This document shows, in pieces, positions 49,373 through 59,009 of a stretch of DNA of 64,000 bases. Position 1 is the first letter of the stretch. The number at the start of each line of letters is the position of its first letter. This stretch comes from Octopus bimaculoides (Eukaryota): the NCBI RefSeq assembly GCF_001194135.2, contig NC_068987.1, positions 61,570,294 through 61,634,293 on the forward strand, read 5' to 3'. The translations under genes and the position numbers were made by a program. The notes under the pieces were generated by a model, which worked only from the letters and a program-made list of their open reading frames with translations, was not told where the DNA came from and ran no database searches.

Positions 49373-51283
49373 CACACACATACAGGGTGGGCAAGCGAAA
49401 CTTGGAAAATAATAGCTAATTCACCAAATTGTTTATGTTACAAGCAGCAACCTGACATAAAATATAATTTTAACACAGGTTTATAGGGGTATAAAGAGAC
49501 AATTTATTCAATATGTCTACCTTCATTGTCCACTGCAGCCTTCACATGCCACCTGAAGGCATCACAACTCTTCATGATGAAGTACTCAGACATGTCCCAC
49601 TCTTCCCTCAAGATTTGCTTAAAATGATCAAGACTTGTATGTGAAATTCTGTTGGTAGAGTGCTCCAATTTGTCCCATATGGCATAGTCTAGGGAGTTCA
49701 AGTCTGGGCTGAAAGAAAGCTAGAAGTTGGCGAAGTTGTCTTCACAGAATTTCTGCACTTTTTTTCACTGTCTGAGCAGGATAACCATCTTGGGTCTACA
49801 CATAATTACTGTTGGGGTAGCTAGACTTAAGCCAAAGCATAACCTTATACCGCAGGACTTCAGCTCCCACCTTTTCCCCAGACTTGAAAAAATGGATAGG
49901 TATCTTTTTTCCGTCAGACGCTACGACTCCCAGTATCATAACATGAGCTGGGGGCTTAGTCCTTAAAGACGCCTTTTACTTCAGAAGGTGACTTAGCAAT
50001 GTATCGATAATTGCAATGTTTTAAAACAGCATCAATGGTAAAGATATTTTCACCTGAAAAGATTTTGATGGTTTGTCCATTGTGCTTCAGATATCACAAC
50101 ACTTTTTTGGCCCTTTCATGCCTTTTGGCTTTCATTGCATGAGTCGATAGGTGTCTTGGGGTCCTCACGTATGGCTCCAAATGTAAACCAGTGTGTACAG
50201 CATTTCTGGTCTTTGGATCAACCTTCATGTCCACCCTGTATGTACACACACACACACACGTTTTTAAGCTAGGTAATATTTCCCCATGGTGACATTTTCT
50301 CACGGAATATTGGAAATGAATGACACTGCTTGTATGACAGGCTTCTTTCAGCTTCCATCTACCAAATTAACTCAGGTTTTAGTCGGCCCTGGGCTATAGG
50401 AGAAGACACTTTTACACTAGATGCCATGCTGTGGGAGTAAACCTGGAACCATGTAGCTGGGAAGGAAACTTTTTATCACACAGCCTTCCTGTGCCTAGTC
50501 TGTATATAGGTACAAGCATGACTGTGTGGTTAAGAAGTTTGCTTTCCAACCGTGTAGTTTCAGGTTCATTTCAGCTGTGTGGCTTTATTGGCTGGTGTCT
50601 TCTACTGCAGCTGTTGAGTGTATATAGTCTCCATGTCTTGACCTCACATGATTATTTTAAATAAATATGATTCAGTTCTGGTATTCTATGAAGACATTTT
50701 TGGTTTTGGAGAGATATTTCTTTACTTGGAAACCGGTAAGTGTTGGCAACAGGAAGAGCATCCAGCTATAGAAAATCTGCCTCAATAAACTTTCTCTGAT
50801 CCATGCAAGCATGGAAATGTGGATGTTAAAATGATGATGATGATGTGTGTATGTAAGTGTTTTTTCCTCTGATGATGTAAGCAGTATCATTCTTTGCAAT
50901 CCTCTGTAGAAACATCTCTGGCTTTGGAGTTATTCGTTGTTGAACGACTTGGAGAAATATTTGTTTACTTGAAAATATTGCTGAAATCGCACTCTACTAT
51001 TTAAATGATCTGACATATTTAAACTTGTTTTTGCCTTTTATTTTCTTTCCTCAGGGACATAATCCATAATGGTCATATATCTTCCAAAGGAAATGAAGCA
51101 GATCCTCATCAAAATCCAGTTAAATCCACAATTGGGATACCTCCAAACAAGAACCATTCAGTGCCTTCCCTTCCAATTCCCATCCTGACATCATCCAGGT
51201 TACCTGCACAACTTAACACAAATCGTCCTATCCAGCCACCATTGGCCTCTTCTTATTTCCCTCTTAAAACGAAACCGTCTTGA
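7032..51283 (+). CDS. SASS6: Spindle assembly abnormal protein 6 (SAS-6) gene; 16 coding exons, 689 aa predicted
   Basis: Spliced translation begins [86 protein letters not shown]. It contains the SAS-6 head motifs LVIRLTD, [17 protein letters not shown] and [14 protein letters not shown], then a long coiled coil, WLNK, VQYN and a terminal ASSYFP. Exon lengths 65+61+80+105+175+78+120+117+270+144+126+82+140+117+161+229 = 2070 nt. Further exons hidden in N-gaps cannot be excluded. Confidence 0.97.
8330..9420 (+). mobile_element. Degenerate CR1/L2-group LINE RT and C-terminal region
   Basis: [11 protein letters not shown]; [18 protein letters not shown]; FDVCKSFGH...ENVLAKL; [15 protein letters not shown]; LLTLYKSQV...[10 protein letters not shown], with frameshifts. 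Confidence 0.8.
9500..9865 (+). mobile_element. RTE LINE 3' ORF fragment (second RTE family)
   Basis: [17 protein letters not shown]...[24 protein letters not shown] resembles [13 protein letters not shown]...P...L. Confidence 0.7.
9870..10260 (-). mobile_element. RTE LINE 3' end, same family, opposite orientation
   Basis: NSRTLR...[12 protein letters not shown]...[18 protein letters not shown]; inverted relative to 9500-9865. Confidence 0.7.
11500..11627 (+). mobile_element. Non-autonomous Helitron-like 3' end
   Basis: ctggcaacgccggg hairpin, then tatctctgCTAG|t; ttttgatgaaa motif shared with the Helitrons at 55.6-57.8 kb; 5' end not located. Confidence 0.5.
11645..11857 (-). mobile_element. 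tRNA-derived SINE family A
   Basis: Reverse complement of ggtggtgagctggcagag...gttcaaattcc...tttgcctttcatcc. Similar copies near 14150-14362(-), 19080-19277(-), 28418-28850(+,2), 30461-30590(-), 30640-30830(+), 42812-43025(+), 44088-44285(+), 45145-45590(+,2), 46060-46270(-), 48426-48970(-,3). Confidence 0.8.
11870..12243 (-). mobile_element. RTE LINE 3' end with ORF2 C-terminus, 3'UTR and (CAT)n tail
   Basis: Reverse strand encodes [21 protein letters not shown]; continues into the aggaagggcatccagc-type UTR and the triplet tail. Confidence 0.8.
13390..13662 (+). mobile_element. RTE 3'UTR element with (GAT)n tail, most abundant repeat in the window
   Basis: gtgccggtggcacgtaaaaagcacc...ggaagggcatccagctgtagaaac...gcatggaaaacagacgttaaacgacgatgatgat. 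Further copies near 16698, 19750(-), 20817(-), 24850, 25900, 30830, 31120, 32965(-), 36490, 41215, 41440, 44740, 47300, 47958(-), 57872. Confidence 0.8.
17841..18074 (+). mobile_element. Young full-length SINE family A with 16-bp target-site duplication
   Basis: A-box/B-box head (ggcagaaacgtcagc, gttcaaattcc); TSD agaaaattttataata at 17825-17840 and 18075-18090. Confidence 0.92.
18530..18693 (+). mobile_element. tRNA-derived SINE family B (CORE-like middle)
   Basis: ggcacaggagtagctgtgtgg...ggttcagtccc...cttgggcaagtgtctt...gaaactgaaagaagcc. Copies near 12358, 13195, 14805(-), 22385, 23522(-), 32820(-), 35428(-), 43657(-), 50335(-), 50507, 59145. Confidence 0.8.
20370..20430 (+). CDS. SASS6: SAS-6 exon 2 ([20 protein letters not shown])
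   Basis: ttttatctcag| acceptor, AAG|gtaaat donor; phase matches exons 1 and 3. Confidence 0.92.
21218..21472. mobile_element. Leader + fold-back element, copy 1 (56-bp arms)
   Basis: Arms 21280-21335 and 21417-21472 are 55/56 complementary; unique left leader ttgcaagatt..atgtga.tt.gtgtgttgaagca. Confidence 0.8.
22191..22270 (+). CDS. SASS6: SAS-6 exon 3 ([26 protein letters not shown])
   Basis: long T tract + ttcag| acceptor, TG|gtgaat donor; PISA-region motif. Confidence 0.96.
25145..25483. mobile_element. Leader + fold-back element, copy 2 (~130-bp arms)
   Basis: Arms about 25194-25328 and 25347-25483; same leader at 25147-25183. Confidence 0.78.
26580..26897 (+). mobile_element. RTE LINE ORF2 C-terminus running into its 3'UTR (cut by gap)
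   Basis: [42 protein letters not shown]...[15 protein letters not shown], then gtgcgggtggcacatg module; ties the abundant short repeat to an RTE. Confidence 0.9.
29127..29231 (+). CDS. SASS6: SAS-6 exon 4 ([34 protein letters not shown])
   Basis: tgccag| acceptor, AA|gtaagt donor; QQGLLVDF motif. Confidence 0.96.
30240..30385 (+). mobile_element. CR1/L2-group LINE extreme 3' ORF remnant
   Basis: [23 protein letters not shown] resembles LWNSLP..VFP..NLQ.FK. Confidence 0.45.
31639..31813 (+). CDS. SASS6: SAS-6 exon 5 (FILQLL...[36 protein letters not shown])
   Basis: ttgcttag| acceptor, AAG|gtactg donor; head-dimerisation NPFKH motif. Confidence 0.97.
33371..33448 (+). CDS. SASS6: SAS-6 exon 6 ([26 protein letters not shown])
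   Basis: tttcattcag| acceptor, GAA|gttagt donor, phase 0/0, coiled-coil character. Confidence 0.88.
33952..34071 (+). CDS. SASS6: SAS-6 exon 7 ([16 protein letters not shown]...EKEQCFE)
   Basis: ttgcag| acceptor, GAG|gtaaga donor; conserved EW...H..EL..EKE pattern. Confidence 0.93.
34260..34730 (-). mobile_element. RTE LINE ORF2 C-terminal fragment
   Basis: KGRLYNACV...LHGSKTWAV...KLERNE...WMGNVSVH; same family as 26580. Confidence 0.85.
35849..35965 (+). CDS. SASS6: SAS-6 exon 8 ([20 protein letters not shown]...ESSNK)
   Basis: gtttccag| acceptor, AAA|gtatgt donor, phase 0/0. Confidence 0.9.
36764..37033 (+). CDS. SASS6: SAS-6 exon 9 (ELQDRKYK...[13 protein letters not shown]...EQDQK)
   Basis: tttttttaaag| acceptor, AAG|gtagga donor; RKYK and AVxEQExKDK motifs. 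Confidence 0.94.
37193..37555 (+). mobile_element. tRNA-derived SINE family C
   Basis: A box tggctcagtggtt, B box gtttgattcc, then ttgtgttcttgagcaagacac core; second copy on minus strand. Confidence 0.8.
37990..38133 (+). CDS. SASS6: SAS-6 exon 10 (KRYEEEF...[19 protein letters not shown])
   Basis: atttcag| acceptor, AAA|gtaagt donor; NEIIxKLQ motif. Confidence 0.94.
38875..39100 (-). mobile_element. RTE 3' fragment of the family at 9870-10260
   Basis: Shared gtgtagagctgacca.gtccaccagtgct...tcaatcatgtcca...actgctg..ttgaatgag. Confidence 0.7.
39400..39640 (+). mobile_element. CR1/L2-group LINE 3' ORF remnant
   Basis: PLCV...[26 protein letters not shown] resembles HPF.V...T.HY..SFFPRT..LWNSLP..VFP. 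Confidence 0.55.
39889..40014 (+). CDS. SASS6: SAS-6 exon 11 ([18 protein letters not shown]...KKEDE)
   Basis: ttttccag| acceptor, GAG|gtttgc donor; QEK..SEK motif. Confidence 0.9.
40270..40375 (+). mobile_element. Possible AP-endonuclease remnant of a LINE
   Basis: [11 protein letters not shown] resembles the ILGDFNAH catalytic motif. Confidence 0.4.
40607..40815. mobile_element. Leader + fold-back element, copy 3 (~60-bp arms)
   Basis: Arms 40665-40723 and 40755-40815 complementary except a 2-nt indel; inner stem ggtctga/tcagacc; same leader. Confidence 0.8.
40998..41079 (+). CDS. SASS6: SAS-6 exon 12 ([27 protein letters not shown])
   Basis: ttctcattcag| acceptor, G|gtatgt donor, phase 1 end. 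Confidence 0.93.
41770..42420. repeat. 21-bp degenerate minisatellite (consensus ~ttgtatgtgcatcatctggtg), about 30 units
   Basis: Clear 21-bp phase from 41906; heptad periodicity in reverse-strand translations. Confidence 0.88.
42477..42616 (+). CDS. SASS6: SAS-6 exon 13 ([11 protein letters not shown]...HVAMAA)
   Basis: tattctag| acceptor, GCA|gtaagt donor; WLNK motif ending the coiled coil. Confidence 0.93.
43851..43967 (+). CDS. SASS6: SAS-6 exon 14 ([16 protein letters not shown]...SLKPQ)
   Basis: long pyrimidine tract + ttcag| acceptor, CAG|gtatta donor, phase 0/0 so skippable; NLN...YPT resembles the vertebrate SAS-6 tail as I recall it. Confidence 0.75.
46273..46583. repeat. Compound (AAT)n microsatellite with recurring AACAATAA interruptions
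   Basis: Direct reading. Confidence 0.95.
49076..49236 (+). CDS. SASS6: SAS-6 exon 15 ([10 protein letters not shown]...SREPE)
   Basis: ttttctttag| acceptor, AA|gtatgt donor; VQYN matches the conserved VQFN tail motif. Confidence 0.85.
49383..50238 (-). mobile_element. Internally deleted Tc1/mariner element, maT (DD37D)-like, inactive
   Basis: TIR CAGGGTGG(G/A)C at both ends, TA TSD at 49381 and 50239. Reverse strand: [64 protein letters not shown]; N-terminal HTH region missing. Confidence 0.92.
51055..51283 (+). CDS. SASS6: SAS-6 exon 16, terminal coding part (DIIHNG...[13 protein letters not shown])
   Basis: ttttctttcctcag| acceptor, phase fits exon 15, ends with SSYFP motif and TGA 51281-51283. 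Confidence 0.9.
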
Positions 51284-52025
51284 CAGTTAAAACTATTTTA
51301 TAACTTTATCAATAAGCTGGTACTAAAAAAATCACAATTTTCTGTGGTGTATGTGTTTTTGTGTGTGAGCACATGTGTAAGTGTGTGTGAGTGAATGTGT
51401 GTGTGTGTGTTAGTATCAGAATGGTGCCAAATATTGCAGCTGAGATTTGTTTCTTGTATCTGTTATTGAGATTTCGTTTTTTTTTTGCTGCCTCTTTTGT
51501 TATTTGTTTTTTTTTTAAATCTCATCTTAACTAGAATGGGAAGACAAGTATTCAAAAAAGGTGAAAAAGAAATAAAAAAGAAGGAAAATGTTATATTTTA
51601 TCAAATAAGTTATCATTTATTGAAAAAAAAAAGAAAGAAGGTATATTTGCTTTTGTTGATGGAAATCTTGTTAAAAGACACGAACAGAATTGGTTGTGTA
51701 AATGTAGTCACTACAGCAGCCTCTGCTACCATATGTACAGTTTGTTTGCTTCCATCTAATGTCAGCATGTTGTGCTCTCTGCTGACATTGTAACTTATGG
51801 TTCATTTTTATGCTTTTTTTTTTGCCTTCCCTTAAATTGACAATTATTGGAGATGTTTTTTCGTCTTAGAGATTGTTTGAAAATGTAAGAAAAATAGAAG
51901 TAAAAAAAAAACATGTAATCCTTTTTTTATTGTATATAAACATTTTTTCTTTGTTACTTTAAACTTTGTAAATATAATTTATTTTTTTATGTTAAATATA
52001 GAAATTTTAAAGACAAGAATGTAAA

Positions 52026-52366
52026 AATAAATGAATTGTTTATATATACACACACTGTGTACCTAATTTTTTAATTATCACAATTTCCTGTTGCTTATTT
52101 TATCTTCTCATATTCTGTAACTCTATCTTCTAATGCAACACGTGGCCTTTTATACATTGTATTTTTATTATTCAATGCCTTACCCATCAATTTATTACTG
52201 CAGTTAGTTTCGTCATGAATTTGTTAGCCTGAAATTAAATATTTAATTTTTTTAAAAATCCTTTTTCTAGAAAAAACATTTTTTTTTTCTATTGACATTC
52301 TTAATGACTTACAACAACTATTTTTGTATATTTCTTGTCATTATTTTCTTCTGTTGAATCAATAAA
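52026..52366 (+). terminator. Candidate polyadenylation signals of SAS-6 (AATAAA at 52026 and 52361)
   Basis: Hexamers about 0.75 and 1.1 kb after the stop, the second followed by a U/GU-rich tract; which is used is unknown. Confidence 0.45.
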
Positions 52367-55300
52367 ACGTTAACATCTCCCTCTGTTATCAGTATTTGTT
52401 TTTACTCTGTATCCAGTTTATTTTTGAATGAACATATTTTTTAATAGCTGTTGATACTGTTTAGCCTCATGTTAGCCTTGGTTGAGCAGTCATATGATCA
52501 AAAATATTTTAGCTATGTCTAACTTGTCTTTTCAGATAAAATTTATCCTGGAGTATTTTATCCAATATGTGGTTTGCCTTCATTTTTTTTTTTTAGAAGT
52601 AGAGTGTGATTTTGAAGGATAACACTATGTAACAGAGTTTTAATTTTTTCGTCTTTTGTCAGTAAGAGTTATTTCCTATTCTCTTCTATCTAGAAATCAA
52701 AGGAAATGGCTACTATTCCCTTCAAATTTTGCTTTAGTAACCTAACATCAATGATTTGAAACTGACCTATTTTCCATTACATTTCAGACAGACTGTGTTG
52801 CTGAAGCAGAAATATCGTTATAGCAAATATTCTGCTCCATAACACAGATTTGCTTGTCAGTTGCTTGACCTTAGCCACTTGAGCATGTCCGTTAGGGGCT
52901 GACAATATGTGCATCTCTGATCATGAGCAGGAATAGAGCTGTTGGAGGGTGGGGTGCATCATAGCCATGTGTTGAGTTGGATTCCTTGGGGTTTGAATAA
53001 GTGTAACAAAAGTAAAGTTTGAAGGAAATATTAACCATTTTTCATACTTTTTTATGGGTAAGCAAATAGGAAATAACAGTTGCTACCCAAAGGCAAAAAT
53101 CATATTACACAGTGTAACAGGTAGCTATTTGTAGCAGGTTGAGTAACCACGTTGAGGTTTCATCATTGGCTCATATTTTAAGTAACTTGGAAGTATAAGA
53201 GCCAAAATATATCATCATTATCATCACCATCATTGCAATTTTAATGCCTACTTTTTCATGCTTGTTTGGGTCAGACAGAATTCATTAAGTCAGATTTTCT
53301 ACAGCCCTTCTTTTCTCCAAATGTCTCCTGTTTACAAGCAAGGTAACATTTCCCCATGGCTGAACATAATTTTTGTGATAGGTGGCAAACTCAAACCCTT
53401 TAGCATTCAGATTGCTTTGTCAAGCATAATACGTTCCTATGTACACATGCACTGGGTTGTCAGATAAATTTGTTTATTTCTTTCTAAATCTATTTGAATA
53501 ACATAAAAAAATATTTTCATTGCAGTGTTTTAAGGTGTGAATTGGTTTAATAGGTTATTTGATTATTTGGTTATGGTTCTCATATATCCACATCTATTTT
53601 AGATTTTTGACAAGACCTTTTATTTGCACATAGACTTTACAATATATACAACTGTTACTTTGTCAGAAGCTGTACCACTTTACTGATAGAGAGTTACGAA
53701 TATATGTTGTGGGTTTTGGGCTAAGGGTTGGCTGGCTACATATTTGTTTGCAGCGAGAGGCAAGGCTCATTTGTACATATTTGGAGAAGTGTCTTGTGAA
53801 CAAAGTGATTCTTTTCAACCTGAGGTTGAGCAGCAACCAGAAATCATGTCTTCATTTATACCCTCAGGAATCTCTTCTCCCAGCCTCTGCACTCTTTCTA
53901 TGAATTTGAACCAACAAAGGAGCCTAGAACTAGTTAGAAATATCAGCTATTTCTCCCTCCATTCACACTGTATTGGACATGGTTGGGATACCTTTGGCTA
54001 TAAGTCTGCTTGAGCAAGACTGACCTTGGGCTAAACAAGATCAACAATATCCAGGAATTAAACCTAATTTACCAGGGCTCAAATTTTCAGGAGCTTATCC
54101 TTTTATGGTATCCTGATAGATAGGTTGGTTTGCAGCATTCTTTCCCTATAACTTTCTCTCTCCCTTTTCCATCCCTCTCAGTATGTATTAGAGACAGAAT
54201 AACAAAATGAAATTGCTCAGAACCTTTGCTTCTCTTTTATGTAATTTTATACCTATAATGCATCCATACTTATAAAACTGGTAGCAGCTAGCTCTGTCTG
54301 TCTTACTTTTGTAATGTGTGAAATAAAACTATCATTTAATCACAATTATGATAATGATGAGGGTGGTGATGGAGATGGTTATGATGGTAGTGGTGATAGT
54401 GCAGATAATGATAATAATGACAGTAAGAATCATAATGGTGGTGGTGGTGGCAGCAGTGATGGGGGAATATAATGCAGTGAGGATGTTAATGATGTTGTTT
54501 AGCTGCAGGCCAAACCTGATTGAACAGACCTATCATTAAACGCTTTGAATCATCTTACACAAGTTGATTATATTTATGTTTAAAGATAAAAAAGAAAAAA
54601 GGAAATAAAAAAAAAATCAACCAGTATTGTTACCGATATTTCTCAGTTAATTCTTCATAATAATTTGTTCTTTTTAGGGCAGTCAGGGAGCAGAAACAGG
54701 AGAATAGCTAAAAAAAAAAAAAAACTGGGGAATTTTTTAGTCATTTTTCTTCTGTACATATTTCACTGGGCTCCATTTTGTTTTCCATCCGTGCATCCAC
54801 AATTAATAAAATAAAGTAACAGTTAAAACTAGGGTGGTGTATCTAATCAATCGAACCCCTTCCTTCCTGCTAATTTATGCCTTTGTACGTATCTCAGAAA
54901 TCAGTGTTAATTACTTGTTTACCGTTAATTACTCTCTTACATTCATTAAGAAGAAATACTTTTAGTATACATAAAATAATTATCATTATGGATCCTATTT
55001 CTGTTCATAGCATCAAAACAGAATCTTGCTTTTCTTTATTTGCCTTTTCTTCAGAAGAAAGAAGCTTATTGTTGTGTTGCATTTTTGCTGATGAAAAATA
55101 TTACGAAAAACTTCTGCGATATGTCAAACAAAGCTGATTTATCCTTGACAATTTGTTGTCTGGAAGCTCTCTATTCTGTTTCTCTTAGTTATTATTTAAC
55201 AGTACAGGGAAACTCTCTAAAAGTATTTAAGTTAACTATGGTTGAATAAAGATACAGGTTAACTCAATTATGACATTATTGATTAAATGGAGGTGGTGGT

Positions 55301-55628
55301 GGTGGTGTGGTGGGGTAGAAAGGACTTCTCCCTTCCCGTCTCTTATTTTTACCAATAGAAGTAAAAAGCTTCTCTCCATAAAGAAAGTGGATTCCAATTT
55401 AGCATTTGGAGTATTGCAGTATAATATAATATAATATGATACACATATATGTACACATATATATAGTGGTTGTCTACTCCCTATGCAGAGTTTGACCACC
55501 TCCTGTACCTACACCTTAGAACCATCATGGCATCTGATGTGGCATTTTAAACCAGACAATGTTCTGAAAAGACACCCACATAGGTTCCACATCTGATTTG
55601 GACCACCAGATAAGTATGTATGTATATA

Positions 55629-56990
55629 CTAGCTGGTGTACCCGGTAATTCCCGGGGGGGTAAAGATGTTCTATTGAAACGCCTTACTATTCTGATATAA
55701 GAAAGCAATTTCGTTATAACGCCACAAAAGGTGTATTTTCCATCATGGAAAAGTACAAAAAACTGTCAGCTGGAGGATGGAGAGATTGTTGCTGGTCGGC
55801 GACAATAATTGTCAGAGGTTGGTGAGAGAGGTTATATAAATATATGAATGAAATGTTTGAAGAAAGTGCAATAATAATGTTCACACTCACTGATGGTCGC
55901 TCTCAGTAACTGGCTTTAGCTTACAAAAGTTCTTGTTTTTATAACTATCGAAAAGCAACCAGAAGGATAAACATATTGTTGAGAACAAATGATTTTGTTG
56001 GAGGTCTGTTATCTCCATTCCAGCCAGTTGTGGCCTAAAAGAGGTTAGAAAGGTCAAGCGGCAAAAACATTATTCTGCTTAGCGAAGGCATCTGGGAAAT
56101 GCATAACTGCTGTCATTCACAGAAAAAAACTATTGTTTTACCATGAGAAAAGTGCTGTTGAAGTGTTAAGCGAAATTTGGCAATCAAGGATTGAATCCAC
56201 ACTATGCCTGCATGAAGCCACTACAAATACGTTGTGGAATAAAAAATTTATCTACTGTCATGGAAAAAGTGTAACTGTAAAAATGCAGATTATTGGAATA
56301 ATCGACATTCAAAAAAGTACGTATGTATAGAAATGTATGAATGAAGTCTCTAACATTTAATATTCAAATTATGGAAGTGCAATAACAATGTTTAGCAGTT
56401 CAAAACTGTGAGTAGTGAAATGCAGAATTAGGTCAGCTGATCATGAGAATCAAATATTGATCACTTTGCCAAAAACTGCAGGTGGTATAGGTTATTCCCC
56501 TTGGGTTGTTTAAATAAAATATTAGTAATATGTAGTAGATAGAAGGATCCATTGGAGGAGACCTATCATCGATTTTTTTTCAACAATCTAAGTATGTCAC
56601 GAGGTTTCCAGACATGAGTTCTACTCCTGTGTCAAGTAAAGTGATATTGTCAGCAAAAATTAGAAATTGCACAAAAAATCAATATTCAAAGTAATTAAAC
56701 ATAAATAATGAAATGGATTATCTCCCTTGAGTGTTTAAGAAAATATTTTGCAGATGCTATGGGTTATTTCCCTTGAGTGTTTAAGAAAATTAGTTATATG
56801 TGGTAGATATAAAGGTCCCTTCCAGGGTCCGTATTATCAATTTTTTCAACAATCTAAGTATGTCATAAGGTTTCCAGATATGAGTTCTACTCACGTGTCA
56901 AGTTTCATCAAAATCAATTGACTGATGTAGGAGGAGTTAGCTAACAACGCCACAAACAAACACACACCAATTTTCCACATATGTAGCAGA
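55629..56990 (-). mobile_element. Non-autonomous Helitron unit 1 (1362 bp)
   Basis: Minus strand starts TCtgctacatatgtgg and ends cccgg-gaatta-ccggg hairpin + 8 nt + CTAG|T. Confidence 0.82.
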
Positions 56991-57830
56991 CTAGCTGACG
57001 TATCCGGTAATTCCTGAGAAAGTGGGGCTTATCCCTTGGTTCCGTTCTCATAATTGATTCGCTAATCCAGTAACAACAATACAAAGTATGTAGCCCTTAA
57101 AATGGTTTTTGTGCATTTATTGAGAATACTGAACTGTCTTACACAGGATCTTGCTTTTAGGAATTCTCAATAAGGCATGAATACCCAAATTGTGAAGTCA
57201 GTTATGTAATAACATGAAATTAATAACCCGATAGGAAGAATTCAAATAAAGTAGCCAGAGTATATAGGACATACATTCCTAGAGTATATAGAACTTAGGA
57301 GGAAATACTAATAAGGTATGTATACTAAAATCGTGAAGTATGTTACATAATAACAAGCTAATCAGATAAGAGATAATAACAATTCAGCTAGTGCTGGTGT
57401 ATTCATGAATAAGTCACTAATCAAAAGAAGTGGATCTATTGTTTAGGAAAATACTATTTACTTGTTTAAGTGTTGTACTGGATAATGTGCGAAAATAACT
57501 CAAATAGTTCAAATACCAAGAAATAAACATACTCAATTTGATTTATATGAATAATTTACAAACATGGGTTATTTCCCTTGGCTATATATAAGGATCCCTT
57601 TCAGGAGCGAATGGGTTATTTCCCTTGGATGTTTAGAATAATATATTAGTTACATGTAGTAGATATAAGAATCCCTTCCAAGGACCCTATTATCAATTTT
57701 TTCAATAATCTGTCACTAGTTTTCCAGACATGTGTCAGGTTTCATCAAAATCGATAAAACGATGTTGGAGGAGTTAGATAACAACGCCACAAAACAACAC
57801 ACACCAACAGATTTCCACATATGTAGTAGA
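56991..57830 (-). mobile_element. Non-autonomous Helitron unit 2 (840 bp)
   Basis: Minus strand A|TCtactacatatgtgg start, degenerate hairpin and CTAG end abutting unit 1. Confidence 0.82.
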
Positions 57831-58301
57831 TGTCTATCTATCTATCTATCTATCTCTCTTTATATATATATTGACTGGCCTTTGTGCCGGTGGCACGTGA
57901 AAGCACCCACTACACTCTCGGAGTGGTTGGCATTAGGAAGGGCATCCAGCTGTAGAAACTCTGCTAAATCAGATTGGAGCCTGGTGTAGCCATCTGGTTC
58001 ACCAGTCCTCAGTCAAATCGTCCAACCCATGCTAGCATGGAAAGCGGACGTTAAATGATGATGATGATGATGATGATATATATATATATATACGATTAGT
58101 GAAAGTATGGGGCATTTTACCTAGCCATACTTGTTCATGAATAGCTAGCTCTACTGTATTGCACTTTTGAACGATAGAAGAGTTAGCTACAGATCAGTCA
58201 TTCACCGGTTCACTGCATTTTTGACTATAAGAGTGACAAAGAAGTGTCACTTTGTTTTTCTGTTTATAACAAACGTTTTCACTCTTTGAGTGACAAAAAA
58301 C

Positions 58302-58975
58302 ATACATACATACATGCATACATATATACATACATACATGCATGCCTGCATACATACATATGTACATACACACATATATACGTACATACACACATACATA
58401 CTTTATTATTGTTAACTTACACTTTATTTTTTATATTTATACTCTTGTATTTTTATATATTTATATTTATATTATTTTAGGTCGATTTCCTTAAATTTTT
58501 AGTCACCTTTATTATGCATTAATTTATTCCATATATATTTTTCTTCTTTGGACTTCACTCATATTTTCCTTTTAGGTTTTATCATCTTTTATTTGTGTAG
58601 ATCTGTATATTTTATACTGTTGGATTGACTACTGGGTGCCCTATTGTTTTGATATATATTTATATTTGATTTCTGATAATTCAGGAATGATATAAAGTTG
58701 TTTTGACTGATTGGAGTGTTTATTCATTATACCTTTCAATTTATTACATACATACATACATACATATATACATAAATACATATATACATACATACATACA
58801 TTCTTTTAGTAGTTTCAATCAATGGACTGCAGCCATGCTGGAGCAATACCTTATTTTTATATTTATTTATGTTCAATCATTCATACATACATACATACAT
58901 ACATACATACATGCATACATACATACATGCACGCACGCACACATGCATGCATGCATGCATGCATGCATACATACA

Positions 58976-59009
<34 letters not shown>

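Noticed and set aside
52793-52847. Imperfect hairpin ctgtgtt...gcagaaatat/atattctgc...aacacag
   Set aside because: Several bulges, and it appears to lie in an interspersed repeat; not enough for a miRNA call without copy-number and small-RNA data.
53744-54013. 89-aa ORF downstream of SAS-6 with a possible acceptor
   Set aside because: No recognisable motif, no convincing donor and no partner exons; cannot be supported.
55080-55140. CTGATGA...GAAA hammerhead-like spacing
   Set aside because: Helices I and II cannot be formed; chance match in AT-rich DNA.
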